Source: Dipteris shenzhenensis
Taxonomy: Eukaryota
NCBI GenBank assembly: GCA_047967505.1
Contig: CM106538.1
DNA length: 64,000 nt
Strand: one strand, 5' to 3'
The position numbers and the translations under genes were made by a program. The first letter of the stretch is position 1. Each line of letters starts with the position of its first letter. Of the stretch, positions 37,161 to 50,700 are shown one piece after another. The notes beneath the pieces were generated by a model, which saw only the letters and a list, made by a program, of their open reading frames with translations, made no database searches and was not told the DNA's origin.

Positions 37161-37778
37161 TTCTCTAGAAAGAAGGAAAACTTCTAGGGCCACTACTAGT
37201 GAGGTAAGGGGAATTGTACAGGCCCAAATATTACATTTATAAAGTGTAAACTTTTTGTTGCTTGAACTTTTTCCAAGGGGACTAAAATGTAAAAAATCTA
37301 TATAGAACATGCATTGAATGTACAACTATAAGAACCCTATCACATAGGTATTTTATTTCTAAAATCCTTTTTATAAGTACAATTATGTGAAATCCATTCT
37401 AAAATCCTTTTATAAGTATAATTATGTAAAGTCTACCAAAATTTTAATTTAAAAACCTAGTCTAATGGATGTGCTACCTTGCATTTGCTTAGTGGACCAG
37501 TTAGGTGAACTTTGTGGTGCTCATGAGATGTGTATCGATGTTAATATGTTCTTGCTTTAAAGGTTTAAATGGTCATCTAAGGAGTTTTATTTTGATTTTC
37601 AACTTTTGGTTTGTGTTTGAAAACTAATTACAATAGGCAGTGTAAGAGGAACTTTTGGTTTTCTGAGCCCTTCTTAAGCCACATGTCACAATTATAAGCC
37701 CTTAAAACTTGTAATTGATCCAAATGCTTAGAGAGCTTCCTCCAAAATTTACCCTAAAAGCATTTCACGAAAAGCGTG

Positions 37779-38100
37779 CTAATGTTTTCCATTCTTTTCA
37801 AATTATTTCTTAAGATCTACATAAGTACAACTGGATGATGCTATTCATCAAGACCCATATTTAGGTAATAAGTCTTCACGAGCTCTTATTTCTTATTTAG
37901 GCCGAGATAGATCAGCTAAGCAAGCTAATGCTTTTCAAATATCTAATTGGATGCTGCTATTAGGCCAAGATAGATCAGCTAAGAATGCTAATGCTTTTCA
38001 AATTCTTTCTTAAGATATGATTGGATGCTGCTATTCATCAAGACTCATATTGAGGTAAGTCTTCACCAGCTTTTCTTTCTTATTTAGGTTGAGGTAGATC
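37779..38100. repeat. Degenerate local tandem repeat
   Basis: Recurring CTAATGCTTTTCAAAT, TGGATGCTGCTATT and TAGGCCRAGATAGATC blocks. Confidence 0.7.
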
Positions 38101-38745
38101 AATTGCATGGTAGCCCTGTGTATCCAAGATCTTCCTTATTTTTCCGATTAGCCATTCCTTTGCATGTGTTGAATGATCTCTTCAAATGACTTTGCGAGGC
38201 CATAGGGTTTTCATTTCCCTCCCATGCCATTTGCATTGTCAAACAATCTCTAATTCAATTACATCTAGAGCTTTTTTTCCTCCATTGGACCTCCCGTGAA
38301 CCTCCCTCCTCTCGTATGGGATTAGTCCCTGTAAGGAATATAAGAGATGATACTTGTTTCTCATGTGAAATGGATACTAATTTGAGACATCATGAGCATT
38401 TGTATTACTATTGATTATAGTGATCATGGTACTTCCAAAACGAGCAAGTCCTACCTTGTCCTCTAGTACAAAAAAACTAGGTCATAGTAGGCAAGCTTTC
38501 CATCATCGAGCATGTACCTATTAGCTCAAAATTGAACTTGAATCCTAGCATTTTATCAAAATTTTGAAATGAACAAATGAATGAATAAAAATTTGGACAT
38601 GAGACACGACATAGGGTCCATATGCATTAGGACTCGATCCTCCCTCCAATTGTCAGGGGTGGTGATTTATTATTGACTTGCACATATTGTTTGTGCGTTT
38701 TTGCAGTTGAAGCTTAATAAATACATGAATAAGGTGAAGCTCACA

Positions 38746-38937
38746 CTCGGGGAGTTCACCTCACAAAATTTTAGTGTACCACGTGCATTCAAAAGGAGGG
38801 GTAATTTAATTGAACTTTTTGAAAAAACTTAACAGGGTTACAATAATAGGAGGGGTTTTTAAATTCAACTTTAGAAAAAAATCACTAAGTTCATAAGTAA
38901 AAAGGGGTGTTTTTATTGGGGGCAAAATTTTAGTTTT
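38746..38937. mobile_element. Truncated MITE family M2 copy (inverted relative to 16577-16844)
   Basis: Starts CTCGGGGAGTTCAC and matches the reverse complement of ~16655-16844; other end not found. Confidence 0.75.
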
Positions 38938-39849
38938 TGATCTTGCATTCATTTTGGATATCCTTGCTCCCTTACATCGAGAACATGCATTAAAAGAGGA
39001 AATTTCTAAGAATTCAAATTGAAAATAAGCAATTTTGAATGGACAAGCAATAGAAAATATTTGTATGATAATATATAATATATAATTATCTAACCACATA
39101 GTGTGGGTGGGAAGGCTACGCGTGCTTCTTTTCCCAAAGAGTTAAAATCTGAGGGAATGGTCCATTCCCCATGTACTGAGAGTATAAGTGCCGAGAATAT
39201 AAACATCGAGGATATTAGTGCTGAGAATAAGTCTCGCGAATGGATAAGATATTGGCATATTATCTCAATGCCAATATACGTAATCGTAGTCGAACACTGG
39301 TGAAATCACCATGAGCGGCGTGCAAGGAGAAATTCAAAAGGTTGTCATCTTTTGGAGATTTCTTTGATCTTGGAGGTAGAGTAAAGGCCACATTGTTACA
39401 GATCATCAAGCTTAGGGAGCATAAACTCTAGATGATAGTAGACATTGTGAGCCATGGGAAAAGCCATTTTGACTTGAACAATGTCAAAAGCATTGCGATT
39501 AGACACTTTCAGCCATGGCAAAAGCATTGCGATTAGAACAATATCAAGAATGTTGATGTGGAAGCCTAGTAAGTCTTCAATAAATGAGATCTTATAATTA
39601 TACTTTGCCTGGCTAATGAATGGACCACTTCAATTTGCTAGAGTGAAGCATAGAACAATAGATGCAAATAAGGGAACGTATGGCACCACTGAAGGGGTAG
39701 AAGCCATCGATGATTCTCGACTGTGAGGTTTCATGAAATGTATGAGGCTTTAGTTCCTTTAAATTTGTTCCTACCTTCATACTAGCTACTTGCTTCATGG
39801 TTACATATCACTAGGTGTAGAGCTCTTCAACCGAGTGTGGGAAGCATCT

Positions 39850-41900
39850 ACTTACATTCCCAATCCTCTTCTCTTCCTCTACCACTCGTTTGCCACCTCA
39901 GAATATAACCCCTTGTTGCATGCTATTAACCCCATGTCCCTCATTTAATTTTAGCCTCCGTCACATCCAAGGCCAACTCTCCCACAACCTCTTGGTTGAT
40001 TATCCCAGTACAACGATTGGAACTCACTCACATTTTTTGGCTGAATTTGCATTAATCTTCAAGCAGGGTTGTGAGATTTGCATCCTAAAGCCAGTTAGGA
40101 ATCTTCAGACCCACTGCCCCCACTTCTATAGTGATGTTGAAAACCCAATTCAAGGTGATTCTATTTTGTGCTTCAACTATTCAGACCTGCCTTATATACA
40201 CCATACCCAATCTCCTACGATGATCAAAGGTGTGCTCTCCCTGCCTCCTATTTGGGACCTCCATCACAGGCAATATAGTGACAAACATGGCAAGGAAATT
40301 GTGGGCATCCACTTGTGCGATTTTAACATAGAGGAAGATGTTCAAGTGCTTGATGTGGAAGGAAACACTGAATAGCAGAAGATTCCCAAGGATGCTAGCG
40401 GTGCTATTGAAGTTCAAAGTTCAAAACCTCTACCAAAAAGTCATTAGCAACAATTAGCCAATTGGATCGATTTTTATCTCTCTCCCTCCAAATTTGTCAA
40501 AGCAAAAAATCAGATGATTCCCATTATTAGATCTTTAGGAAGATCAACATCAAAAGATTATGACACGTGGTTACATGGGAGTTCAAAAAAGAAAAACTTC
40601 GCTCTAGGCTGAGTATGTAAAAGTGAAAGTGAAAATCGGAAGGGCAACACACTTTCTCCTTCTTTGTGCAACACATCAATCGCCAATAATGATGTTGTTC
40701 TCTATTTCATTGTACATGCAACGTTCTACATTGTCACATTACCAACCTGATTTTTCTTGAAGAAGGCACCCTCCCATTCCATCATATGGTCTCTAAAATT
40801 TGACAAGCTTGAACATAGTTTTTCATACTTCTTCTCTACCTACGAAGAAGAGAAGTTTCCTATGCATTCCACTACATAATAGGAAGAGCACTGAATTCAA
40901 GTGCTTGTATATGCTCTACCCCTCTATCCCAAGCTCCATAAATGTGCAAATTTTTAGCAAAGAAATTATGTTCCTTGTGACCAAAGCTTTAAAAAATTCC
41001 AACATTGTATGTTGCATAGTGTCAAGATACCCACAATCAACTCTGAAAGAGATAACTTGTCTTGTTTCCACGTTGTTTGAGAATTACTATACCATTTGCC
41101 ACTAAATCTCAGTTGTATGTAAATCTTTGAGAAAACATCCCACGGACTACCACTAGTCTCTTCTTGTTGTGTAGTTTCAATCTGGCTACATTTTGAAAGC
41201 CAATGATGGGTGACAAGACTGCAATCCAAGAAAGGGAGAAGGGACCTATGTCTCTCTATCTCTGTCTCACTAACTTGCTATTTCAGTGCAAACCAAGACA
41301 CTACGATCTTGTCGAGCCGCTGGCTATTTGGAAAAACATAGTTAGGCCACCACGTAACTTTGGAGGAGCCATCCCCAATAAGATAGAGAGTAGTGGCTTG
41401 ATTAATGAACCCAAGGCCAATTTCGTAGAAGCAATTAAGAGCCGAGCCAAAAAAACTAGATCATATTGCACACTAGATAATGCCAAGGACTATATGGTAG
41501 TCACTATGTTGCATATGCCTCGAGCTCTTCAATCGGGAGACAATGTTTCCTGGAAAAGATTATGTCCTTCAATTGTGATCGATTCCTAAGGTAGGACTAT
41601 AGAGTCCATTTAAGAGGCTTGCCAATGATTTAAAAGCTACAGATTTCTAATATAAATTCACCAAGGAGTCACTGTGGATAGGTTGCTACTACAGTCCAAG
41701 ATCACTGCGCGAGTGCTTCACTAGATAGGACCACTTCAACCAAATGCCTAGGTAGGAGTGGAGGCATCTGCACCATCTGCACAGCTGGAGAAAAAGATCT
41801 CCTAGGTTCGGAGGCGAGGCTCGAGGAGAGGAGTAGCACGGATGGCTCAGGGATACAACGAGAGGTTTGGCGAATAGATGGAAATGTTGCCACATGGTGA
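39850..41900. mobile_element. Highly decayed LINE ORF1-like remnants
   Basis: Weak ORF1/zinc-knuckle-like segments: minus strand EHIQALEFSALPI near 40880-40920; plus strand FNYSDLP..CSPCLLFG near 40170-40260. Confidence 0.3.
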
Positions 41901-43042
41901 GAGTCTGAGAGTCAGAAGGGGGCATTAGCCCAGTGCAGAGCAGAGACTAAGCGCATGGGACGGCTGATGTGGCGCGATCACAATGGCAACTAGCTCAAAG
42001 CTAGCCAGTCACGTTGGCACGAGACCCTGCAACAAGGTGGGAAGAAGAGTGGGGAGCCTCATATTAAATGCAAAGAATTTAATAGAGTGGGGTGACTCTG
42101 CCTAACCACATGACGAGGATGCACATTATGCACATGCCACATGGTAACAACATGAGAATCAAGTCCGGCACAGAGACTTGAAACTGCCTTCTCCACACAA
42201 ACATGCCATGTGTCTCGAGTTGATGGTGCAGGCCTACCATGTGGCACTGCGTTCACACAATCACTGCTAGTCACTAAATGCAGAGGAGCAGTTCCAGTGA
42301 CCAGAGATCAGTTCCAGTGGCAGCTAACAGTGCAGGAGCAGAGGGCACTGGTGCGAATACCCATGTGGCATAGAGCCAAGGAGCAACCGAAATGACATAT
42401 GGTGGGGAGAGATGATGCATAAGTGAGAATTCACCACGTGGTGCAAATGTTGCAAGATTACCATGTGGCAACACGGCACTCGATGAGAGAGCATGCGATG
42501 CGAGGAGGGGGAATAAATTTTGGACAATCACACTGGAGTGGAAGGTAGGGGTGCGCAGGGCTGCATAGGGGAGAGGTTTGCAAATTCCAGTGGAGAACAT
42601 AGAGGGCAAAGGGCACACAGGGCTAGTAAAAGATAGAGGTCGTAGCCAAATAAAGAAGGTATATTATCAATATATCAAAATTTCTTCATCATTTATAGAA
42701 AAATCCAGAGATACTATCTCCACACTTGTAGGTAAACAAAAGTGTAAATTGAAAACCATGATGAGCAAGGAATCCTTTTAAAGAAAATCATCATGCACAT
42801 TTCCCAACAAGTTCCAAATGACTTTAGTAATAGGATCTTCTCCAAACCAAGGCCACGTCCTTTGTGAGATTCTCAATGATACTTTCAATAAGTCCATCAC
42901 ACTCTTTTATGTAGAAATTTTGTGCTTGTATGTAGAAGTCCAACGAGTTAATTAAATATAACATCTATAGAAACCTTGTTGAAATCCATATCCATACATT
43001 GAAACCATATGAACCATAAAACATGACTCCAAGAAACTCCGA

Positions 43043-43218
43043 GATGACTTACCATCATGAGGAGTACATTCCATGAAACAATAGTGTGCGTATTTAAAGC
43101 TAGCATGATCACACATTGTATTAAAATAGGGATGACTTACCATCATGAGGAGTACATTCCATGAAACAATAATGTGTGTATTTAAAGCTAGCATGATCAC
43201 ACATTGTATTAAAATAGA
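43043..43218. repeat. 88-bp tandem duplication
   Basis: 43043-43130 is repeated at 43131-43218 with 2-3 mismatches. Confidence 0.95.
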
Positions 43219-43599
43219 GATGGAAGAGAATCCCTTTATGAATCCATTCTTTACATTACGCTTAGGAATTCAAGCTCAGGAGGTACGCTCGTGTATATCA
43301 TGTTGCCTTTGAAAGTTTAGGGTCACATATGTCATTGTGAATACAACGGGCTTAGATCTACAATGGCCTACGATATTTGAAAGACTAAATGGGGCCTTGT
43401 ATTAATAAACTTAACATAACTACTTCAATTACATTAAAGTTCACATTGACCAGGAAAGCCAATGAATTATGATTACATGGCAAAAGCCGAGCTGAATTAC
43501 AAAAATCTAAAATCCATGTTCAAATTTAGTAGGATAATCGATTGCGAGCTACATGCCGTGGATGATGGAGGTGGCAGCAGTCACAGAAGCAAAAGCATG

Positions 43600-44614
43600 C
43601 TAACATGGCTTGTTGATCACGGATCCACAGAGTCCAGGGTTTCCTGCGTAGCTGCATGCAAATTCACATACGAGGAGAATGAGCAAGTTGCGGAATTCTC
43701 ACGCATCCGATGCCTTAATGCTGATCGTTTCAAAAACTTGCTCACCTTTCTGCTGTGAACCTGGAGAAAACACCATTCGTTGGAATAGGGCCCGAGAGAT
43801 CATTATCATTGAGCTGCCTGCACAGCAAAACAGAATGTTATGGTAAGGAGCGCTCAGTGGTTTGTTGTGCATGAAATATTAAAGCGGAGGATCCATTAGC
43901 ATTATATCTACTCACAGAAACTGCAGATGGGAAAGATTGCCCAACTCGGAGGGGATGGGACCCTCGAGGACATTGTCCTGGAGCTGCAAAGCAAAGAGGT
44001 TGGACAGATTGCCGAATTCTTTGGGGATGGCCCCATAGAAGCTGTTTCGAAAGAGCGAGCTGCGACAAGAAAGATTGTTAGAGCATGAGTGACAAACTTA
44101 GCTTAGCTTATTGAGTACATGATGGAACGCTAGAGCGAGGAAGACGCACAGGGACTTCAAAGAGTGAAGGTTTGCAAGTGTTGGAGAGAGCGGACCGGAG
44201 AGACCATAATTGGGTAGATCCCTGTTGGAAAAATGCAGGATCAGGCAACAAAACTTATTAGAGAGCAAAACTGCACGTTTAGCTCCAGGTAGTGTGTAGA
44301 TGAGTACACTCTAACGACGTGGTTGTTGTTGTCGCAGGTCACATGGAGGAAGGTGCAGGGATCCACTAGATTTGGATCCCAGCTGGCGAGGGCGTTTTGC
44401 GGATCGGTAAGCCCATCTTTAAATATGATGAGAGCGTCCACTGTAAAACACAAGGCGTAGATCGGTTAGCCAAAAGCAACGTTTAGTATGGTACTGCATT
44501 GTACAAAGCAGAAGAATATTTACCCTCCGGGTTGGCACCAGCGAGAGCCGGCAGGAGAGCCCATAACGCGAAAGCAGAAAGGATGAAAAACTTAGCAGCT
44601 CCCGAGCGCTCCAT
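43600..44614 (-). CDS. Secreted SERK/BAK1-ectodomain-like leucine-rich repeat protein (LRR-only, LRP/LRR1 type), 187 aa, 6 exons
   Basis: Exons 44614-44524 (91), 44440-44308 (133), 44221-44150 (72), 44059-43916 (144), 43817-43746 (72), 43651-43600 (52); all introns GT-AG; 564 nt with no internal stop. Protein: [187 protein letters not shown]. Start context GCCGCCATGG. Confidence 0.92.
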
Positions 44615-44701
44615 GGCGGCTAGTTTGATCTTACGAACGTACCTGAGAAGAGATTTATTGTAAAAAGGCGTTGATTTTGAATGAAAGGTGTGCTGGGGGT
44701 G

Positions 44702-44709
44702 TATATATA
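44702..44709 (-). promoter_or_regulatory. Putative TATA box of the LRR gene
   Basis: TATATATA about 90 bp upstream of the ATG. Confidence 0.55.
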
Positions 44710-45419
44710 GGCTGCAAGAAGCACGTAGTCGGCCCTCGTTGGTGCAGTCGGTCTGGTCGGCGTGACTTCCTTTCCAAAATCGTTTTCATCGAAGCATTTG
44801 CATTCGACATGCCATTGCAAAATAATGACGGCACAAAATCTATCTCAAGGGCACGCACTTATGGACAGAATCCTGAAATGTGATTTTGGATGTTTGCACG
44901 GATCCAAAAAAATGAGTCCGACAGCTAGGACAAATTGTATTGTATCTCACCATCCACAAGTGAGAATGGCACACTATGGGGAGATAAAATTCCCAAGAAT
45001 CATATGTATGAAACCACAATATAAGGTTAAAAACATTGCGTTAATGAATGTCATGAAAAACAATGGGTTAAACAATGTGTATTCCAGTCCTTAGCCTTTT
45101 GCATGCACACAACGGACCGTGGTTACCTAGCTTAATTGCATGCATGTCCTTGTGACATAACGTGAGACAAGGATACAAAGGCACGAGCATAAAGTTACCT
45201 TTATGCAAGGATCTAGGCTATGAAGGATGCAACAATGGAGCCCACAAAGGATCCGAGTGATAAGGATTTTGCATGCTTAAAGTTCATACACACAACGGTC
45301 TATGTTTAAAAGATTTTGTGATTATGCTCTACATAATTTTATGCAAATGCACTTTTGGTAGATGCACACTAATCCTTGCACACAAGGACAAAACCTATCA
45401 TGAAATTGCATTGATAGTG

Positions 45420-46489
45420 TCTTACTAGTAATAAGACAAATATGGTCCATAATGATTCCTAGCATGAAATTTATGGGTTGATACAAGCTGGAAATTGGGA
45501 GCTACACAACTGGATAGACTTTCAATGGGTTGTTATCAACTGGCAAAGGTGAGCCACAACCGATCAAAGTCAAGTATTTCTCATTTTCTAGTAGTAATTA
45601 TAAACTATAATATATTATCCAATATTTTACATCCATGTGCGAGTAGTTATGGGTCGTCATACATGGACCTCCCACTGGCACATGTGACATGGATATTCCA
45701 TATCTATTATGCGAGTAGTTATGAGTTGGTATACACGGACTCCCCACTCACACATAGATACTTTCTTTCAAAAACATCTACTTTTTTTTATTTTTTTAAA
45801 AACTATATATTTTATGATTACTAAAGATATAATTTTTTTCCTACAAGTTTATGAATACTAAAAACTATATAGTTTATCAAAACTATACAAGTTTTCTTTT
45901 TTCACTAATTTTCAAAAACTATATAGTTTATACCCATTAAAAACATGTTTTTTTTCCGACTCTCATGAAAGTAACTTCAAATTTCTTACCACTATATTTT
46001 TTAAAAAATGCTTTTCTTTATAAAAGCTAACCTAAGCGAACCCACCACTCACATTGGACACTTTTTAAAAGGAATAAAAAACTTACAATTTTTTTTGGAA
46101 GATTTGTTTATTTTTTTTACTTATCCTTTTATGTTCTTAACGAGACTCCAAATAGTACTAGAATCTTAGGAATGCAAACTCTATGTTACGGGTGCAAAGT
46201 TATATATAATTAATCATACTGCACAGTAGATTTCAATACTGTGCGATAGTTAGAGTACTTTCACACAATGATTTAAACATATCATGTGGTATACAACATA
46301 CCGAGCAGTATACAGAAGCACAGTGCGGTATTTTCTCCATGTTCTCGTGTGCTACATCGTTTTACCATGCGGTAATCCACTAAAGCTAGTCTTGATAAAG
46401 AATCATTGTTGGACCAATCTAAAATGCTTGAGGGAGCAAAAAAAAAAGTTTTAATTCATTGATTTAAAATTGCCATTTTAAATCCCTAG
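45420..46489. repeat. Second copy of the ~1.1-kb dispersed repeat at 28460-29600
   Basis: Colinear similarity and the same AAATCCCTAG end. Confidence 0.7.
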
Positions 46490-47750
46490 TAAATCCCTAT
46501 GTGAATGTAAGTAGCTATTTGACCAAGTAAGGGTGTGAACATGAAAACGTTTAAGGGACATAATGACCTCATAGATTCAAAAGGGGGAAAATTTTCTTGA
46601 ATAGGCCTACTAGGATGTAACTTTAACTAAACTAAATGCCTATCATTTTCATGATCATAGAATACTCTACCATGTGTATCTTATGGCTTGGACGATGTAG
46701 CACAATACCCAAGTCAACCTTCTACATGCATGCAAGATGGCTAAATATGGAATTAGTTGTTAGCATTATGCATTAAACTTAGAGACTATTAGTCACACTT
46801 TGTAGACACTACCATATGTACATGCCAACTCAAGCTTATCAACAACTTGGATCTCTTCTTAGTGACCTGTGTGAAAAAGGAGAAATTGCTAATGATGGTG
46901 CTTAGGGAGCTTGTGAGGAGACATTGCTAATGTTGGTGCTTAGCAAGCTAGGACATGTTTGAATCATTGTCCCTCAATAAGTGGAAAGATTTAGAAGTTT
47001 CGTACCCTTCTTTTGCTAGCTACTTAGACCTACAAGGTTGTTATTGAGCTTTTTGGCATGGGTAAGGGATGGGACCTCCTTACACTCTTCCATGAAGTGG
47101 GTCTCACTATTGTCTATCAAGTTGTCAACCCTACATCTCTCTCCCACCACCCAACTTCCAAGTGAGTACTTTCCTCATGGCCTTGAAATGTTAAAACTTT
47201 TTTTGGCATCCTCAATTCTATTCTCCTCATGCCATTGGGCACTAAAACTATACTACATTTGAGTGCATCTCATTTTAACTCATATTTTATACCCTTAGAG
47301 AAATTGCCTCTAAAATAGACTTCATTATGTGCTTGTGGTGTGTCATAGTCCCTCCCCTACATTTTTATTACAATGCTAATTAGCAACCTTGGAACGCACA
47401 CACAAGAGACGAGGAGGAAGAAATCATCCATCTTTGTCATGAATGCTTATTCTTGTATCACGGAGATCCTAAAAGAATCGCTATGATATACTTTAATGGT
47501 GGTATTTTGATATGGTTCTTTCAAATCCTACCAATGCATGGGGGTGGATTCACATGTTACATTTGTAGGACTTGAGGGGAAGGTCGGATGTCATGGGCAT
47601 ACCAAACAATAGATGGAATCTAAGATGACCTCATCGGGAACATGATGCTAAACTCAATGCCTTTTGTTGTCAGAGTATGTACCACATCATACAACCATGG
47701 TCTATTGAGTAATGAACTACTTCCATGTTTTGATGCATCCAGAATTTCAA

Positions 47751-50700
47751 ATTATGCAATGGTGCCCATGTTTTGAGGCATCTCAGGTTCTATTTTCAGT
47801 AGCGGTCATTACTGTGGGACCATGATTTCTTGAGCATACCTTATGCAGATCATTGTGGTTGCAGTTTGAGCAGCGTCGTGCGCTCATTTGTGGTGTGCAT
47901 TGGGTTGCAGTGGATGATTTATAGGTCATTTGGATGCATTGCGGTCCTTATTGGATGTGCTGATAGGCCCAAATTTCCTTGTGGGATGCTCTTTTTCTCG
48001 GGGGGGGTCACTATGTATAAATCCTCTATATCACGTGCGTTCAAGGCCTATTTTTAAAATCCATTATCTGTAAATTTTTCATTAATAAAATGTACCTCTT
48101 TTTTATACAAATCTGTAAATTTTTTCCAAAACTATTTTAAATAGTCCCTTATGTATATTTATTTTTGTTAATTTTAGAAATAAAAAATATCCTTCTGTTG
48201 AACTCACATGATAGGGTTACATATGATGAGTGACCCCCCTGAGCTCTTTTTATGGATGCTTTGCACATGGATGCTATTTTATGCTGAGGGACAGCTTTGA
48301 CACATTACAGGTGATGCACTGATAGTGCTATGCTCTCTTGGATGAGATATTATTGATGCATATGCAAGTGGACGGTGTTTATGCTTGAGTCATTTGGCAC
48401 TTATTGGCATTTTGGATTGCCATTACAGTTGGCATTTTCTTTTGGGCCAGATTTTCTCATATGGATGCATAGTATATGCACATGAGTCAGATGCATCTTT
48501 TGATGCTTTGAGCTTTGAGTTTTGGTGATATTTCACTCTATTGTGGCATACACATTTGAGTGCACCTGATATTTGGTGTGATTCTCTCTTGTAGGCACTA
48601 GCATTTGGGATTTTTCTTTATTTGCATCATGGCATCCTCTTCCATGTCTGAAAAGGAGTTTTTCAACATTAAAAAGTTTGATGGGACAAACTTTTCTTTG
48701 TGGAAAGAACAGATAAGGGATGTGCTTATTCAAAAGAAGCACATTAAACCCTTGGCAGGGATTGAAGCTAAGCCTGTAAATATGTCCGAGGATGATTGGA
48801 ATGAGTTGGATGCATTAGCAAAGTCTACTATTAGACTTCATCTTGCAGAGTCAGCTTATTTCACAATAGTAAATGAGCAGACTACGGAAGATGTGTGGAA
48901 GAAACTGTGTGCCACTTATGAGAAGGAAACTGCCTCTAATAAAGTTTACCTCATGAAGAGGTTGTTTGAGCTGCAGATGAAGGAAGGGGTCTCCATTGCT
49001 TCTCACTTGAATGAATTCAATATTATTTTCAGCTAGCTTCAGGCTCAGAAGATGAATTTTGATGCGGAGACTAAGGCAATATTTCTCTTATGTTCATTGC
49101 CATCCTCATGGGATACCTTCCATATAGCTGTCGATAACTCTGCACCTAGTGGAGTACTGAAGTTTGATGATGTTGTGGGTAGCTTGTTGGCCAAGGAGAT
49201 TAGACGGAAGTCTATGGATGGCAACAAGCAGGATGCAGCCTTAAATGTGCAAAGGGGCAGATCACAATTCAGGGGGAAGTCCCAAGAAAGAGGGAAGTCT
49301 CGTAGCAAATCTAGGGCACAGAACATTGAGTGTTACCATTGTGGCAAGAAGGGCCATATGAAAAAGGATTGCTACAAGCTGAAAAGAGAGCAAAAGGATA
49401 AGAAAAAGAATGCAAATTGGGGTGCAAATCAAAAGGAAGAGAGTCCAAGGGAGGACAAATGAAAAGTGAAGATTGAGGAGATCAATATAGTCACACATGA
49501 TAGTGACAATGACGTTCTCTTCATGTCTAATTTATCTGCAGAGTTGCTTACCACTTCAGATGATGCATATTCCTAGGATTGGATTTTGGATTTTGGTGCT
49601 TCATTCCATGTTACTCCCCATAGGGAATGGTTCTCCACTTATGATAATGGAAAGATAGGTTTTGTGCATCTTGGAAATGACTATGCATGTGACATAGTGG
49701 GAGTAGGTGACATAAAGTTTTCTTTTGCAAATGGGTTTGCATTTATTTTGAAGCATGTGAGACATGTGCCTAAGTTGACCAAGAGTCTTATTTCAATTGG
49801 TCAACTAGATGATGCTGGTTTTCACACCACTTTTGGCTTTCACAGTTGGAAAATTCAGAAGGGCTCTATGCTTTTGGCCAAGGGTACCAAGTATGGGACT
49901 TTGTATCCCTTACATGTGTCAGGGGTATTTGATCATGTTGTTGCAATAACTGAGCAACCAAGCACTTCTTTGTGGCATTGCAGGTTGGGGCACATGAGCC
50001 AGAATGGAATGAAACTCTTATGCCATTTGGGTTATGTACCGCATTTGAGTTTCTCTAATTTTGAATTTTGTGAGCACTGTCTCTATGGGATCAGCCCATA
50101 AAAGAAGGGGAAAGAAAGAGTTTGAAAAGCTTGATTTGGTGCATTCAGACGTATGTGGTCCCATGCTTACATGGTCATTAGGCGGGGCTGAATACTATGT
50201 GACATTCATTGATGATGCAACTAGGAAAGTGCGGGCTTATGCTACACCTCGGAAGAGTGATGTGTTCCAAGTATTTCAAAAATGGCTGGCCTTGGTAGAA
50301 CACTTAAATGCCTATGGACTGACGATGGTGGAGAGTATCTCTCTCATGACTTTCAGCATTTCTGTGATACACGTGGGATTAAGAGGGAGCTCACATCCCC
50401 TCGTACTCTAGAGCAAAATCCAGTTGCAGAAAAGATGGACCGTACCATTCAAGAAAGGTTGCAATGCATGCTTTCCAATGCAAGTCTTTCTAGTGGTTTT
50501 TGGGCTGAGGCAATGAAGACTGCAGTGCATGTGATCAATAGATCACCTAGTAAGAGTTTGGATGGTGGTATTCCTAAAAAGGCATGGAGTGGCAAGAAGC
50601 CCTCTTACTCTCATTTGCATATATTTGGGTGTGAGGCATATGCACATGTGCCAAAAGAGCTTCGAAAGAAGCTAGATCCTAAGTCTAGGAAATGCATCTT

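Noticed and set aside
43550-43599. LLPPPSS remnant of the SERK Pro-rich domain after the stop codon
   Set aside because: Short, out of frame, preceded by a stop, and no TM or kinase exons follow; probably chance.
44620-44650. CAG|GTACG splice-like site in the LRR gene 5' UTR
   Set aside because: Too close to the ATG for a complete intron, and a TATA box lies just upstream; not supportable without cDNA.
47640-47730. Minus-strand LLNRPWLYD, similar to a Gypsy protease region
   Set aside because: A single short motif with no supporting domains or boundaries.
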